DNA of 64,000 nt from Amoebophrya sp. A120 (lineage: Eukaryota > Protista > Dinoflagellata): assembly GCA_905178155.1 (NCBI GenBank), contig CAJINV010000001.1, forward strand, positions 14,281,265-14,345,264. Reading direction: 5' to 3'. Shown here in pieces: positions 24,797 to 36,600 of the stretch. A program made the position numbers and the translations under genes. Position 1 is the stretch's first letter; each line of letters opens with the position of its first letter. Under the pieces are notes generated by a model. It ran no database searches. It saw only the letters and a program-made list of their open reading frames with translations, and was not told the DNA's origin.

Positions 24797-27700
24797 TCAG
24801 TTCGAGGTCACATTGGCTAGTTCGCACAATCTTCGCAGCCTTTTTTTTGGTGAGTGTCGCGTCTCGTGTCCGTACGCGAAGTCGATCAGCGTGCCTGGAC
24901 TACTATCGACATCGTCTCCGAAGAGGAGCCCCGTGGCGAAGAGCCAGTAGACAAGGTGAATTTTATCTGCCGACGGCACGGGGCCGTACTGCGACAGTAT
25001 CATATCCCTCGCGGTGGTTATCTTCGCACGACCTTCGGCAAACGTGAGAAAAGCGCGCGACTCCTGCTTCGTCAAAGCCTCTTGCGCTTTCAACTGCAGA
25101 GAGACGCACAAGGTTTCCTCTTCCTGCGCGGCTTCCTGCGAAAGCGGTTCCTCAACTTCATCGTCCACCCACTCCACGCGGGCAATGCTGTAGCCGTCTT
25201 TTTCGGACCACTCGAGAACCTTGTAGCGCCTGACCCCAACCGCGTCGATCCGGCACCGCCCGTCCGGGAGCTGTTCGTACTCCTTAATCTGCAACAGGCA
25301 ACCGTAGGGGAAAGGCGTGACGGAATGCGGATGCATGCCAAAAGTCCGCTTTGCGGTGTCTGTGTTGTCCATACAGCGCCGCATCATGAGCCGGTAGCGG
25401 GGCTCAAAGACGTGCAAACCGCAGTTGACTCCGGGAACAGCGATGGAGCACTTGAAGATCGGAATCCATGTCTGTTCTTCTTCTTCTTCCGGAGAAGCCG
25501 GCGTGTCAACTACTACACGTGGCGATACTCCTCCAGAGCGTTCGTTTTGCAGGTGGCTGGATGAAGGCGCGCCGTGTACTAGTGCCGACGATTTCGGCGA
25601 GGCGGGTCGAACGGCGGTGAACGTTGAGCCCCTTTCAGTATTGTTCTGGTCTTCGCGGCGGTCTGCGTCCACACGGTCCATTGATGTGCTATCCAGCGCG
25701 GCGTGGCTGTTCCCGTCGCCAGGTAGTTGTACCACACTAGTAGCTGTATCCGCGGCCCCTGCCCCCGTCGGAGGACGCGTATTGGCTGGACCAACATTAT
25801 CATTATGGTCTGTGGATGCGGCAGCCAGGTTGGTGCTCGAGGAGGAAGTGTTGCGCTGCAAGCCCGAAGCTCTTGTCGTGGTCGTAGACCTCGTCGTGGT
25901 CGTTCGGCCGCTATTCTCTGCGGCCTTAACGTCCAACGCCCGCTGCTTACGCTGCTCCGGAAAAAAGTCTTGAATCACGCACTCCAAGGCGCCGCAAATC
26001 ATGCGCTCCAGCACCTGTCCACCGTGGGCGCACGAAGGGTCCCGCCGCGCCTCGCTGTTCACATACACGAGCAGGGGCACCAACGGATGACGACACATGA
26101 CGCAGATGGGCGCCCGCTCCAGTGCGTGGTCGAGGTGGCGGGCAAGACAAGACTTGCACATGACGTGGCCGCAAGGAAGACAACAGGGCTCAAAAAACAG
26201 ATCGGCACAGACAGGGCAGCTTAAATCGTCTTCGGAAGGGACAATGTTTCGCAGGCTCAATTCCAGGTGCTGCTTCTGTTGGGTGATATCCTTGCCGGTG
26301 AAAGTGGTCGATCCGTTCTTCTCTGTGAAAGCGTGTTCGAATCCCTCCACGTCGGCGTGCACTCGGGCAAAGAACTCTGCCTCCGCCCGCACTGTTTTCG
26401 ATGCGAGCAGCTCTTCGGTCGGCATGGTTGATGTTTCAGTTTTCCTGCTGTCTATAGTCATGTTGTACTCGTCGTCCATCTCCTCGGGCGAGTTTGGGTT
26501 TTCCTTGTTTTCGTCTATTTTTGCTTTCTTCGCAGGACGAGTATCGGTTTCAACCTTGTCGCTGCCCGCTGAATCGAACAAAAACGTCGCGTCGCGCGTA
26601 CTCAAGTTGTCGCGCAACTCCTTTCGACAGACGTCTCGTACGAGTGGAAACACGACGTGCTCAATAACGTTGTCAAGTGTGGTGCAAGACAAATAACTCG
26701 GCCTCTGCTGGTGCTCATCGTCTCCGTTGGCAGCGCTCCTCTTGGTGTTCTCGGCCTTTGCTGATGACGAATTCGGCTGGCCCCCTGTCGGCTCTGCTCG
26801 TCTCTCGGTGCTGGTGATACCCACGTGGTTGGCCGCAACAACGGCATCTGACGCTATTGCTGCTGATCCTGTACTCGTACCAGGCTCCGCATCTTCGGCC
26901 ACACTTTTTCTGGCATCGCCGTCTTCATCTATTTTATTTTCGCCTCTCCTCACACACGCGCTTCCCTCCGATTCATGTGACTTCACGACTGCTTGCGAAA
27001 GCACAGGAGCGTGGTTGTCGGTAGTTTGATTTACGATCATAGGATCTGTGGGGTTTGTACCCGTCGTCCTTAGGTTCTTCGAGACGCTGACGCGGCCCTG
27101 CTCGCCAGGCGACTCTTTGGCATCGTCCACCCCCGTCACCAGAGATTTAGCTTTACGCGGATCAGCTGTGCATACTTGTAGCGCATTTTTCCCAGCAGGC
27201 GCGACAATTTTGGTATAGAGCTTCTTCATCTGTCGGGAAAAAGATGACACGCCCGAGGAGAACGCCGTGATGCCATCGCGATAGTCGTCCGAAAGCAAAA
27301 AGTCCCGCAGTATTCGCTCCAGCTGCTCTTTTTGCTGCCCAAGCGGCAATACGGTCGAGCTGGTTTTCGGGTCCACGAAGGAAGTTTTATTCGTGCTCCC
27401 GCTTTCGGGTGTGTGTGTTGTCAAAGTCGGAAGCTCCTGCGGTATCAACTGGCGCAGCAAAATTTCTCCACGGACCCGAAATGCCTTCTTCGTGTAGGTG
27501 TGAAGCCAGAACTTTGTTCTGTCTGACGGCGGTACGCCTCCATCGCTTGACGTTGCTGGGAATTTCTTCAGCTCGATGAGGGCGTCTTCGACATGCTTTG
27601 TCGACGATGTCAACTCTGCCAAACGCAATTGCAGCCGGATCCGCAAAGAGGAAAAACAATTCACAGATTGTTCAAGCTCTTGTTCCTGCGGTGGATTCAG

Positions 27701-29038
27701 CAGCTTCATAATTTTGTCGGAAATGGATCTCTCCTCTTCTTTAACTTTAGCTTCATGATCCTCCTGCTTGTCCTCGACGGATAAGACGTCCGCTCCCTGC
27801 TCACATCTGTCGCTGCTGCTCTCCTCCCTCGCTACAAACAGCGGCAGTGCGCTCTTCGCTCGCTGGTACTCTGGATGGCGCTCCCAAGCGGCGTCGAGGG
27901 GGAAGTTCGTGTGCTTCCCGAACTCTAGAAGTTCGGGAGCGAGGTTGTTCGGCGTGAGCTTGTCTATGACGGCACAGAAGTGGCATGCGGATGTCCCGTC
28001 CACGAGGCTAACCGGCTGAAACAACACACCACTGCAAATCGTACATCGATTTCTGCCTTCTTTGTCCCTCCATGCGCTCGTCCTCGCAGCGTCAGCGGAG
28101 GGCAAATGCGCAAGACGAGACGAGTTGAAGTAATCGTAGTAGGCGTATTCCGACGGCTTGTAAAAGGCAGCATCGCGCAAAATTCGCAAGCAGTCCTTAG
28201 CTGGCAGTAGCTCGTTATTCTCCGTTAAGAAAGCGGAAACATCTAGCGCGTCTTTATTGCTGGCTGCTGCCGACGACGACGGCTCTTGTGGTGCATGACC
28301 ATCAACAGCTGCTGGAGTGCTGGTGGTCCCGCGATCATTAATACCACCGCCACGACGTCGTATTTGTTCTGGCTCGACCGCCTCCCCCTCCGGGCCGGCT
28401 CGGGACGATGCCGAACTGCGCTTGTTTGGCGAGGTGCTGACTTTGTTCTCCATATCTGCTACAGATATCCGCTGCAAAACTATCCCTAACCTCATGCTTC
28501 GCGGCACTGGTACACGAAGCGCATACGAAAAAATGCGCCGTAGAAATCTTCTCGTCGCTCTTGTCCTTTGATTTCGTTTTTCAGCATCCATACTTAGCTG
28601 CAGTTCGTTGTTGAGTTCATGTTTGTAGGCGGAATACGTGTACATAGTGCGAAGATGAGATTGATATATAGTATTGTTGAAATGCGTACAACTGTGATAA
28701 GCTTCCGCGGCGAGTTTTTCGTTGAAAGACTCCACCAGCTTCTCCGGGTCAAGGTCACTTTCAAGTAACTCGAGGGCAAGACTACCGTTGGACGTTTGAA
28801 CGACCGTCCTTACAGTTTCCCTTGGTCCGCGCAGAAACGTGGTCAGCCGCTTGCTGAGTGCGGGGCAGTCGCAGTTGCAGTTCTTCTTACAGGAATTACA
28901 CAGCTGGTAAATGACTGCGAGCAACTGGTAAGTGCCTGCGAGCAGGGGCCTCCTGAAAAACTGAAGAACGGCGAAGGCTAGCACCGCGAGCGATGTCAGG
29001 AAGAGATCTAAAAGAAACGAGTCCGGCGCCAACAGCAT
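24797..29038 (-). CDS. LON peptidase N-terminal domain and RING finger protein (LONRF-like E3 ligase), 1413 aa
   Basis: Degenerate RING CTIC...ACHFC; C3HC4 RING CPVCADLFFEPCCLPCGHVMCKSC...CVMC; LON substrate-binding motif PGVNCGLHVFEPRYRLMMRRCM...LPDGRCRIDAVGVRRYKV; hydrophobic N-terminus. Confidence 0.9.
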   Translation of the reverse strand: MLLAPDSFLLDLFLTSLAVLAFAVLQFFRRPLLAGTYQLLAVIYQLCNSCKKNCNCDCPALSKRLTTFLRGPRETVRTVVQTSNGSLALELLESDLDPEKLVESFNEKLAAEAYHSCTHFNNTIYQSHLRTMYTYSAYKHELNNELQLSMDAEKRNQRTRATRRFLRRIFSYALRVPVPRSMRLGIVLQRISVADMENKVSTSPNKRSSASSRAGPEGEAVEPEQIRRRGGGINDRGTTSTPAAVDGHAPQEPSSSAAASNKDALDVSAFLTENNELLPAKDCLRILRDAAFYKPSEYAYYDYFNSSRLAHLPSADAARTSAWRDKEGRNRCTICSGVLFQPVSLVDGTSACHFCAVIDKLTPNNLAPELLEFGKHTNFPLDAAWERHPEYQRAKSALPLFVAREESSSDRCEQGADVLSVEDKQEDHEAKVKEEERSISDKIMKLLNPPQEQELEQSVNCFSSLRIRLQLRLAELTSSTKHVEDALIELKKFPATSSDGGVPPSDRTKFWLHTYTKKAFRVRGEILLRQLIPQELPTLTTHTPESGSTNKTSFVDPKTSSTVLPLGQQKEQLERILRDFLLSDDYRDGITAFSSGVSSFSRQMKKLYTKIVAPAGKNALQVCTADPRKAKSLVTGVDDAKESPGEQGRVSVSKNLRTTGTNPTDPMIVNQTTDNHAPVLSQAVVKSHESEGSACVRRGENKIDEDGDARKSVAEDAEPGTSTGSAAIASDAVVAANHVGITSTERRAEPTGGQPNSSSAKAENTKRSAANGDDEHQQRPSYLSCTTLDNVIEHVVFPLVRDVCRKELRDNLSTRDATFLFDSAGSDKVETDTRPAKKAKIDENKENPNSPEEMDDEYNMTIDSRKTETSTMPTEELLASKTVRAEAEFFARVHADVEGFEHAFTEKNGSTTFTGKDITQQKQHLELSLRNIVPSEDDLSCPVCADLFFEPCCLPCGHVMCKSCLARHLDHALERAPICVMCRHPLVPLLVYVNSEARRDPSCAHGGQVLERMICGALECVIQDFFPEQRKQRALDVKAAENSGRTTTTRSTTTTRASGLQRNTSSSSTNLAAASTDHNDNVGPANTRPPTGAGAADTATSVVQLPGDGNSHAALDSTSMDRVDADRREDQNNTERGSTFTAVRPASPKSSALVHGAPSSSHLQNERSGGVSPRVVVDTPASPEEEEEQTWIPIFKCSIAVPGVNCGLHVFEPRYRLMMRRCMDNTDTAKRTFGMHPHSVTPFPYGCLLQIKEYEQLPDGRCRIDAVGVRRYKVLEWSEKDGYSIARVEWVDDEVEEPLSQEAAQEEETLCVSLQLKAQEALTKQESRAFLTFAEGRAKITTARDMILSQYGPVPSADKIHLVYWLFATGLLFGDDVDSSPGTLIDFAYGHETRHSPKKRLRRLCELANVTSN

Positions 29039-29264
29039 CGTCCTCTCGATGCTGCAAAATCAAATTGTTCTGCAACTGCATGCGATCAGTGTATTGGTTT
29101 ACTGCACATTTAAGTATTTTCTCAAGTCAATCGGAGGGAAACGGTGCGTGACAAGAAAAGGGTTTGAAATTCGAAAATCTAGCAGAAGCACACTGCTCGA
29201 CCTCCTTCTTAAATTCTAAAATGATCCTCAGCTATATCAAGTAATACCGGGCGCGCGCGCTGTG

Positions 29265-29865
29265 TTGGTTTTTTTCGTACACTTTCACTTAATGCGCTGC
29301 TTGCATTCAAATTCATCCGTAACGACATATCTTGCGTGGCGTTTTGTAGTTCAGTATATACATGTTTGCGCTAGAAAACGAATTATGTTGTACTTAAACC
29401 ACAGTGCAATTGAAACAAAGTGCGACGTATCTACTACTTAGTTTATGGCGGGAAGAGGATGTGGTAAAATTCGAGAGCCATCTGCAGATATTTCTGTGCG
29501 ATTGTGTCATTATTCTCACATGTCGTCTCCGATACGACTTGTACTTTTTCGCTCGCAAGTTCATCCTGTACCTGTCTTCATCAAGTCCAAGGGCACAGCT
29601 TTGCAGCTCTCAAAAGCTTATTCGTTCCCTGCGTCACCGAGCGTTTCAGTTTCAGAAAAAACAAAGAAATCGAAGAACAAAAAGCATGATCGTCTACTTG
29701 ATGTTGTGACTCCGCCAGGAGGGACGCAGCACGAGCAGTATGTATTGCTGGTATTTTTTTCATGTCTCGTTGTCTTACTGCTAGCGGCATCGTCTTACAT
29801 AGCCAACTTTCAAAAAAATCGTCTGCTTTCATCCTGTTAGCATCGTGCATTGTAATTGTTCGCTG
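29265..29865. repeat. Diverged direct repeat copy 1 (~600 bp, non-coding)
   Basis: Colinear with 30727-31364; shared blocks include GTTTATGGCGGGAAGAGGATG and TCATCAAGTCCAAGGGCACAGCTTTGCAGCTCTCAA. Confidence 0.9.
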
Positions 29866-29883
29866 CGACAGGCTCATCCGGCG

Positions 29884-30576
29884 TTACAACACCAAAAATG
29901 CTGAAAATAGACTCAGCGTATACCAGACAAAGTCCGGTGGGAGCATCAATCTGCCTGATGCCGAGGAGGTGGGAGCATCTTCGATCTGATGGGGGCCAAC
30001 GGGCGCCGCGGAGGAGGGAACGTAGGGGACGAGCCGAGAAGGTTGCGGTGTGGTCGCCGAGGACGTGGCAGCAGACGGCTGGAGCCGAGAAGGTTGGGCT
30101 GGGGGCGCCGAGGGGGTGGGAGCAGCAATCTGATTGTTGCTCCCACCTCCTCTATTGATTCGATAGGTACGCACGCCATTGTCTCCACCTCCCCCGTCGC
30201 AACGGCCGGCCCAACCCGCTCGTGTGTCCAACCCGGTTGCTTCGCAATTTGCTGACTGACTGAAACCGGCACACCAGTCAGATTCACCATGCGGCCAAGC
30301 AAATTGAAACCAACCGTAATTTATCCACACGCAAGCTGAATTATCAATACACTTCTGCTCACATGTTTGCCGAGAATTTGGCCCAAGTTCACTGAGGCGG
30401 ACGGTGAAAAGATCACCATTACCATCACCACAACATCCTGCGCCCAGGTCATTGGAGGAAGCAGCAGCTCCAGCAGAAAAAAACCCGCCGAGGATAAGTC
30501 CTGGGACAGCAAGGAACGAAGTCCGCAAAGATCGCCGAGAGCCAGCGCCGATGAAGGAGAGCTCGCGGAGGCCCAT
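29884..30576 (-). CDS. Putative GPI-anchored surface protein with PAN/apple-like Cys domain, 230 aa
   Basis: Hydrophobic N-terminal segment, CEQKC...CVWINY...WC pattern, Pro/Ser/Thr stalk, hydrophobic C-terminus FVWYTLSLFSAFLVL. Confidence 0.65.
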   Translation of the reverse strand: MGLRELSFIGAGSRRSLRTSFLAVPGLILGGFFSAGAAASSNDLGAGCCGDGNGDLFTVRLSELGPNSRQTCEQKCIDNSACVWINYGWFQFAWPHGESDWCAGFSQSANCEATGLDTRAGWAGRCDGGGGDNGVRTYRINRGGGSNNQIAAPTPSAPPAQPSRLQPSAATSSATTPQPSRLVPYVPSSAAPVGPHQIEDAPTSSASGRLMLPPDFVWYTLSLFSAFLVL

Positions 30577-30726
30577 GATTTGGCTTCGGAATTACTTCTC
30601 GGGCCAAAGCGAGAATTCGACCGTCGATACCGACGACGAGTACTCGTCTACTTCTACTGCTGGAATGTATATCATACTAAGGGGTATGGACAAAACGTTG
30701 GACCACTCTCGCCCCCGCCCGTCCCC

Positions 30727-31364
30727 TTGGCTTGTTTTTCTTACACTCAATGCGCTGCTTGCATTCCGTAACGATATATCTTGCGTCGTGGCGTTTTGTT
30801 CTGTATACAAATACATTTTGACTAGAAAACGAATGTTGTAGGCCAGAATGCGTTTGAAACAGAGTGCGACGCATCTACTAGTTTATGGCGGGAAGAGGAT
30901 GCAGTACCACGAAAATTCGACACCCGTCTGCAGATATTTCATCTGTGTGATTGTGTCATTACTCTCACACCCGTCAACAAGGCTTCAAAATCATGTTTTG
31001 TCTGAGAAGTGCAAAAATAAAGATACCACTTGTAGTACTTATTCGCTCGGAAGTTCATCCTGTAGCTGTCTTCATCAAGTCCAAGGGCACAGCTTTGCAG
31101 CTCTCAATAAGCTTATTTGTTCCTTGCATCACCGAGCGTCTCAGTTTACTTAAAAACAAATCGAAGAACAACAAGCATGATCGTCCACTTGTTGTTGTTG
31201 TGACTCCGCCAGGACGGAGCAACGCAGCACGAGCAGTATGTATGTATTGCTGGTATTTTTTTCTTGGCTCGTTGTCTTATTGCTAAGGGTATCGTCTTAC
31301 ATTTCCAACTTTCAAGAAAATCGTCTGCATTCATCCTTCTAGCATCGTGCTTTGTAGTTCGCTG
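30727..31364. repeat. Diverged direct repeat copy 2 (~640 bp)
   Basis: Homologous to 29265-29865 with scattered substitutions and an extra ~50 bp near 30975-31020. Confidence 0.9.
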
Positions 31365-31455
31365 TGGGGGTGGTCTCGTCGTCCTTTCGCTTGTGACGAA
31401 GCGAATCATGCGCAGGAGCCTCAACTTGTACGCAGAACATCAGTTGCAAACAGTT

Positions 31456-32231
31456 TCAAACTTCCTCTCCCTTCCAGAAGTAAAACCAATAGCCGCTCGG
31501 AAGCTGGACGATGACATCACAGACCATGGAGAGTTCAAGCGCAAAACCTGATGCCGCATGCCACGTGTAGCAATTTCCTGACGTGTCCGAAACCTCCTCC
31601 TCGAACTTCTCGCACAGCGTACTCAACAGGTCAGAACCATCGCGCTTCGTGACTCCGCGAACTTTCTTGTAGTCCTCCTCATCAAGGAAGTCTTGAAGCG
31701 CCTACCAGTATGAAGGTGTTTCGTGTATGCAAATGGTGGGTGAAGCCACTAACGGCTCTCGGTTGTAAACTTTGATACCACAGGGCGGTGTCATCCATGA
31801 TTCAAATTTATGTTTATTCTGAGTCGATATTGATAGAAAAGCGACCAGACATCTTCAAACTGCAACTAGAACGGTTTTTTGTTCTTGATCAGTTCACCAG
31901 TTCTCAACTTCATTCAGAATCGTCTGCTAGTGAAGCCGCGCTTGGCTTACAGTTACAACTAGAACTAGGTGAGTAGAGAAATAACCTGGTTTAGTACGAA
32001 AAAAAAGTATACCTCTGCAAGAACTTCTGCGACCTTTGCGTTTTCAAAATGTTCGCAGTGCTTAATTCGGAGATGGTCCTCCTCGAGCTCTTCCGCGACC
32101 TCTTCCGGCTTTAGTATTCCAATGCCCTTCAAGGTCATTTCCCGGAATTGTTCCTCCTTTATCCTATTGCTCCCGACGGGCTGGAACAACCCTCGCAGAG
32201 CATCGATATCCTCCTGAGTGGGCGCCGGCAT
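31456..32231 (-). CDS. ~154-aa protein, possible divergent dynein light chain type 1 (LC8-like); exons 32231-32013 and 31701-31456
   Basis: Phase-0 GT-AG intron 31702-32012 (GAG|GTATAC...GGTAG|GCG) gives ...VLAE|ALQDFL...CEKFEEE...YTWHAASGF...YWFYFWKG, resembling the LC8 motif KKEFD...PTWHCIVG...ILLFKSG. Confidence 0.55.
31702..32012 (-). other. Canonical GT-AG intron, 311 nt
   Basis: AT-rich, phase 0, restores a coherent ORF. Confidence 0.7.
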
Positions 32232-33633
32232 TTTTTTTATCGCAGCGTGTCGTGTTGCTTGATGTTGCAGTTGCGCTTCTGTTCGATTCGAGTAGATATA
32301 GAGAGCAGTCGTGTCAGTGAAGAAAATTCCTGGAGCTGGCAGTTTCCTTTTTCTTAATCTTACTGAATAGAAGCGCAGGGGTAGTCTACCGTCCTGCTCT
32401 ACAACTTTGGAAGCAATTCAAAGGGCAGGCTGTATTTTTACTGATGGTCGTGTTCCTGCCGGCGCAATGACTGTTTCGTTTATTCAAATATCTTAGGGAT
32501 AGTTCAACGCGTCGAGCTTCTACATCTATTAGATTTCAGGAGATCGATGAAAAAGTACACCAGGAGCAGAACGAACCACAGCCACAGCACCGACAATCTG
32601 TTGGTGATATTAATTTCTAATGCTTCGAGTTGAAGCATGAGGATTCATTACGACCGCCGACAGCGTTCTTCAACATGATTTTTGACCGCGTGATCATACG
32701 AAGGGAAACGTCAGACCTTATTCCAACACTTCTTTCGATTTTGGGATCGACTGCCTCGCAAGAATGGATCATTTTCGCCCTGCAGCAGCTGGAGGCGTTG
32801 ATTTTGTGAGCACAAGCGATACTACTTTCGCTGAAGACGAGCGACCGACACTCATACGCTGACATCAATGCGTGTAGTTCAGCACAAATAAAGATGGATC
32901 ACCAAACGCAAACAATCATCGATGACCCCGGATGAAATCCAAATTTTCGCAATTCGCGAAAAGTTTGCGAAGGACCGACAAATGATCGGGGTCATATATA
33001 AAGGAGCGACAACGTGGGTCGTCTTCGTGAAGCGCACGACGGAAATAGATGCTAATTGCTGTAGTTGTTTTCAAAACATAGGAACAAAAGGACCCGAGAG
33101 GAAACAGGTACGAGCAAGCTGAAGCTGAATTTCTCTTCGGCTTGCTCACTTTGTGGTGTAGCTATCTTCGAGGTGGGATACGAGACGGAAAAAGTGGGTC
33201 TCTGTACGTTTCTTTCTGGTGGAGGTCAGATGCTGCTTTACGTAGTTCACTCTCACCACATACTTTCACCATCTTGATGCGAAAAAAAAAGCTCAGTGGA
33301 TGGAAGCAGGCAGATGCCAAAGTTGGTGGTCCAACTGATTTAGCGACGAGATACTAACTTCTAATAGATTGGTTGCGTCTTGGTCTTGGTCGTCTGAAAC
33401 TTGATCTTGAATCTTCATGCATACTCGTACATAGCAAAAGCAACAAATCAGTAGAGTGCTCTTTTTTATCTACTGTTCAATTTTTGTTCTTGATGGACAA
33501 GTTCATTGTACAAGCGTGCTTCTAAGAGGTCAATACAACTGCCATGTCGATTCTGTATGTTCTTCCTAAATGACAATGAGTCCTCTTGATGCTTAGAAGA
33601 AAAACACATCACGGCTACCGCCTGTGCCTAGTT

Positions 33634-36600
33634 TTACAGTTGAATGGTCTCCCACTCCTGGTTTTGTCTTTGGCTTTTCAGCAAGTTGCCAACGATGTTG
33701 ATTTTGAAGCTGTCGGGCCTCGTTGGCATCGGCATCCCGTAACTCTCGGGTGCGTGCAGTGGTGTGAAGGCGTTAACGAGCGTGGAACCGAGGAACGATC
33801 TGTACTTGTCCAGCTTGTTGAACCCCGTGCCAACCAGGTGCACGTCCACGGAAAAACTGTGCGGCGGGTCATCCGGGGGCGCGCAAAACGTCCAAAAGTC
33901 GGGCCGCGTTCCCCCGAGGGCGGTCGCGTTGGGCTTCAGCACGGTGGACCCCTGGAGGTTGTAGATGGCGTCCCATTTCACGTCGTGATTCGTCAAATCC
34001 TCTGCGTGGACGTGCACCTTGTGCAGCGGGCGGTCGAACCGGAAGAAGGGGTGCGCAGTCTTGCGCACCGGCGTGGTCTCTGCTGTCTGCCAGCAGCTGA
34101 AATCGTTGCTGTTGGTGATGTTGGTGTCCACAATCGAGGGCGACTTGTGCGCCAGCAGCAGCTGGGGCTCGTTGCTGGTGTCGCGCGGCTGCTCGCCCAG
34201 GTCGTAGGGCTTGCGCGACATCCCGTAGGGGTACTGGTCCCCGCGCATCGGCCCCTCGTTTTGGACCAGCTGCTGCGCGCTGCTCCGTGCCCGCGAGGTT
34301 GCGTAGAACTCCGGTTTGTTTTGCACCGTGTCTCTGTAGTCGCCAGCGACCATCTTGCCGAGCCCGCTGTTGTTGAACTTCTCGGCGAGGCCCTCTGCGG
34401 CGTTCCGCAGTTTTCCTACCACGCTGCCGACGCCGAACCCGATGCGCTTCGCCCGCTCCGCGAATTTCCCGGCGCGCGACGTTGCGCCCGCCACGTCAGA
34501 CGCGTCTTGGTCCTCGCCCTCCGCAATCTCGCTGGCCAGGATCCCCCCGCGCAGCGCCCCGGACTTCAGCAGAAGGAAGTCGCGCATCAGGTCGGGGAAG
34601 GCGTTCCGCAGGACCGGGATTTTTCCCAGCGGGGAATTCATGAACAGCGCCGACATGGGAATGAAGAGCGACTTCACCAACACCATGAGCCAGTGCCCAA
34701 TGGCGTCCACGCCCTGCTTGTAGGCCAGCACGCCGTTCACCACTTGCCAGCCGCCGGGGATCGGGGGAACGTCCGGAAGATATCCCAGCTTGTCCCCGAA
34801 TTTCTTCTTGAGATCTTCCTTGTTCACATAGCCGAGTTGCTCCGAAACCGTTTCCGTCATCTGCTTTGCACGGCCCATTGCCTGCTCACCGAGGTCAAGT
34901 ACTCCATTGGTCACCACTTGCTTTCTATCCACTGCAAAATCACGTATCGCCCTTCTCGTCGACGAGGATGATCATTTTTTCATAATGCATGCTGAAGATC
35001 ATCATGATGTTGATTGTGGAGGTGGGTCACAAAGCACAACGAGCCAAGACTTCTACGCGCATCAAATATTAAATCCAGGAGGTTTACAACTGGAGAGTCA
35101 TGTTTGCTATGGCTGTCGCTATGCATTACCAATGCGTAAACAAGTCAAGCAATATCAATGTGCAACTTTTTGCTCCTGCGTTACTTTTAGCAGCCTTGCT
35201 CTTGCACGTTGATGTCCGCGACGAGGGTGATACTGTAGATTCACGAGAGCTGCATACCTTGGATTCGATAAGAGCGCCAGCGGACCAATGCGAAGCAGTT
35301 CTTCGACGGAGCGGTGCTTCGTGGGCTTTGGTTTTTCGTTAGTACACACCTCGGCTGGACAGTAGCACTTCACACCGTCGCGCTTCGTCGCGTCCGTCAC
35401 GTCGCAGTAGGCTTCCTTGCCTTGCTGCTCGCCTGTCGGCAGCCGCCAATCGCATTGGTCCTCGGCGCACGGAGTGAAATCACAGGTCTCCACGCACTCG
35501 CAGGGGTACGGCTGCTCCACACCCTCTACTGGGTGGCAAAGCTCCTCGGGGCTTGCGCGCGCGCATAACTGCTTTCCCTGGTACTCGTAGGGGCACAGCG
35601 GCAGGGTCTTTTTGCACGCCTCCTTGCAGGAGCAGGCGGGTGTGTCTTCGCCCATCTTAGCCTCCGGGGTGAACTGACACTGACCCTCGTGAAAGTGGCA
35701 CAAGCCGGCACCGCACGCTGGCGGGTCCTCGCAAGCGTTTTCACAGTTGCACTGCTCATTGCTGTTTACGGTAACGGCCGTACGGTAACACGCTAATTCC
35801 TTCATGGGCTCTGTCGTGTTGTCATTGGATAGAAATTGTAGCTTGTCGTTGTAATCGCAGCTGACGCAGCGAACATAGTTGTAGACGAGTCTATAAAAAA
35901 AGTTAGTTCCTAATCCTAATCCTATTCGTAGTCTGGACGTGATCTTCATAGACATTCTACCACTTTCATCGCCATATAAAATCGAAACTCATATCAAGAA
36001 AACTGACGCACGACCAGTTCTGTCCTCCAACGCATCAGCTATCGCCTCGGTCTTGGATTTTCATGCAGTTTTGTTCGTGCAGAAGACAGAACCAAGAATA
36101 AATGTGGCCCGGACTGTAGGCTTTATTTGATAGGGAGTTACATCAGTGCATAGAGTGGTAGATGAAGTTGATTGTGGATACCTTTCACAAGCTCGCATTT
36201 TCCGCCACCCTCGCACGGTTTCTGGAACTGTCGTTCCTCCAAGTACGCCGCCTTCCGGTCCAGTCCCAGGGTTTCGTAGGTCCAGCTCTGCTTGGTATGG
36301 ATGCGTCAGGTTTGAAATCGTCAAAGTTGAAATAATTTGTAATGCATAAAATGCAACAAAGGATACCCAGACGCCACAAAGCCCTCAAGGAACCATCCAC
36401 AACCAAGAACCTTGGAAAAGTGGGGTCCCCGAAGACCTGGAGGTGAGATGCGAGGGGGACGCCTATAAGCCAAAGCGCCAAAAATAGCACTAAAGCAGAG
36501 GCACAAGGAAGCGAAGTAGTCAAAAATTAACTTGGAGTGTCCTTACGGAAAACTCCAGCAACCTCAGTCCACCACTGCCCTCGCATTCACAAATGCAACA

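Noticed and set aside
35907-35926. TTAGGA telomere-like repeats (minus strand)
   Set aside because: Only two to three units, at a predicted intron acceptor.
35891-36181. Alternative acceptor ACTAAC-T7-ATAG for the Cys-rich gene
   Set aside because: Looks strong but is out of phase with the exon frame fixed by the 36296 element; the AG at 35910-35911 keeps frame. Needs cDNA.
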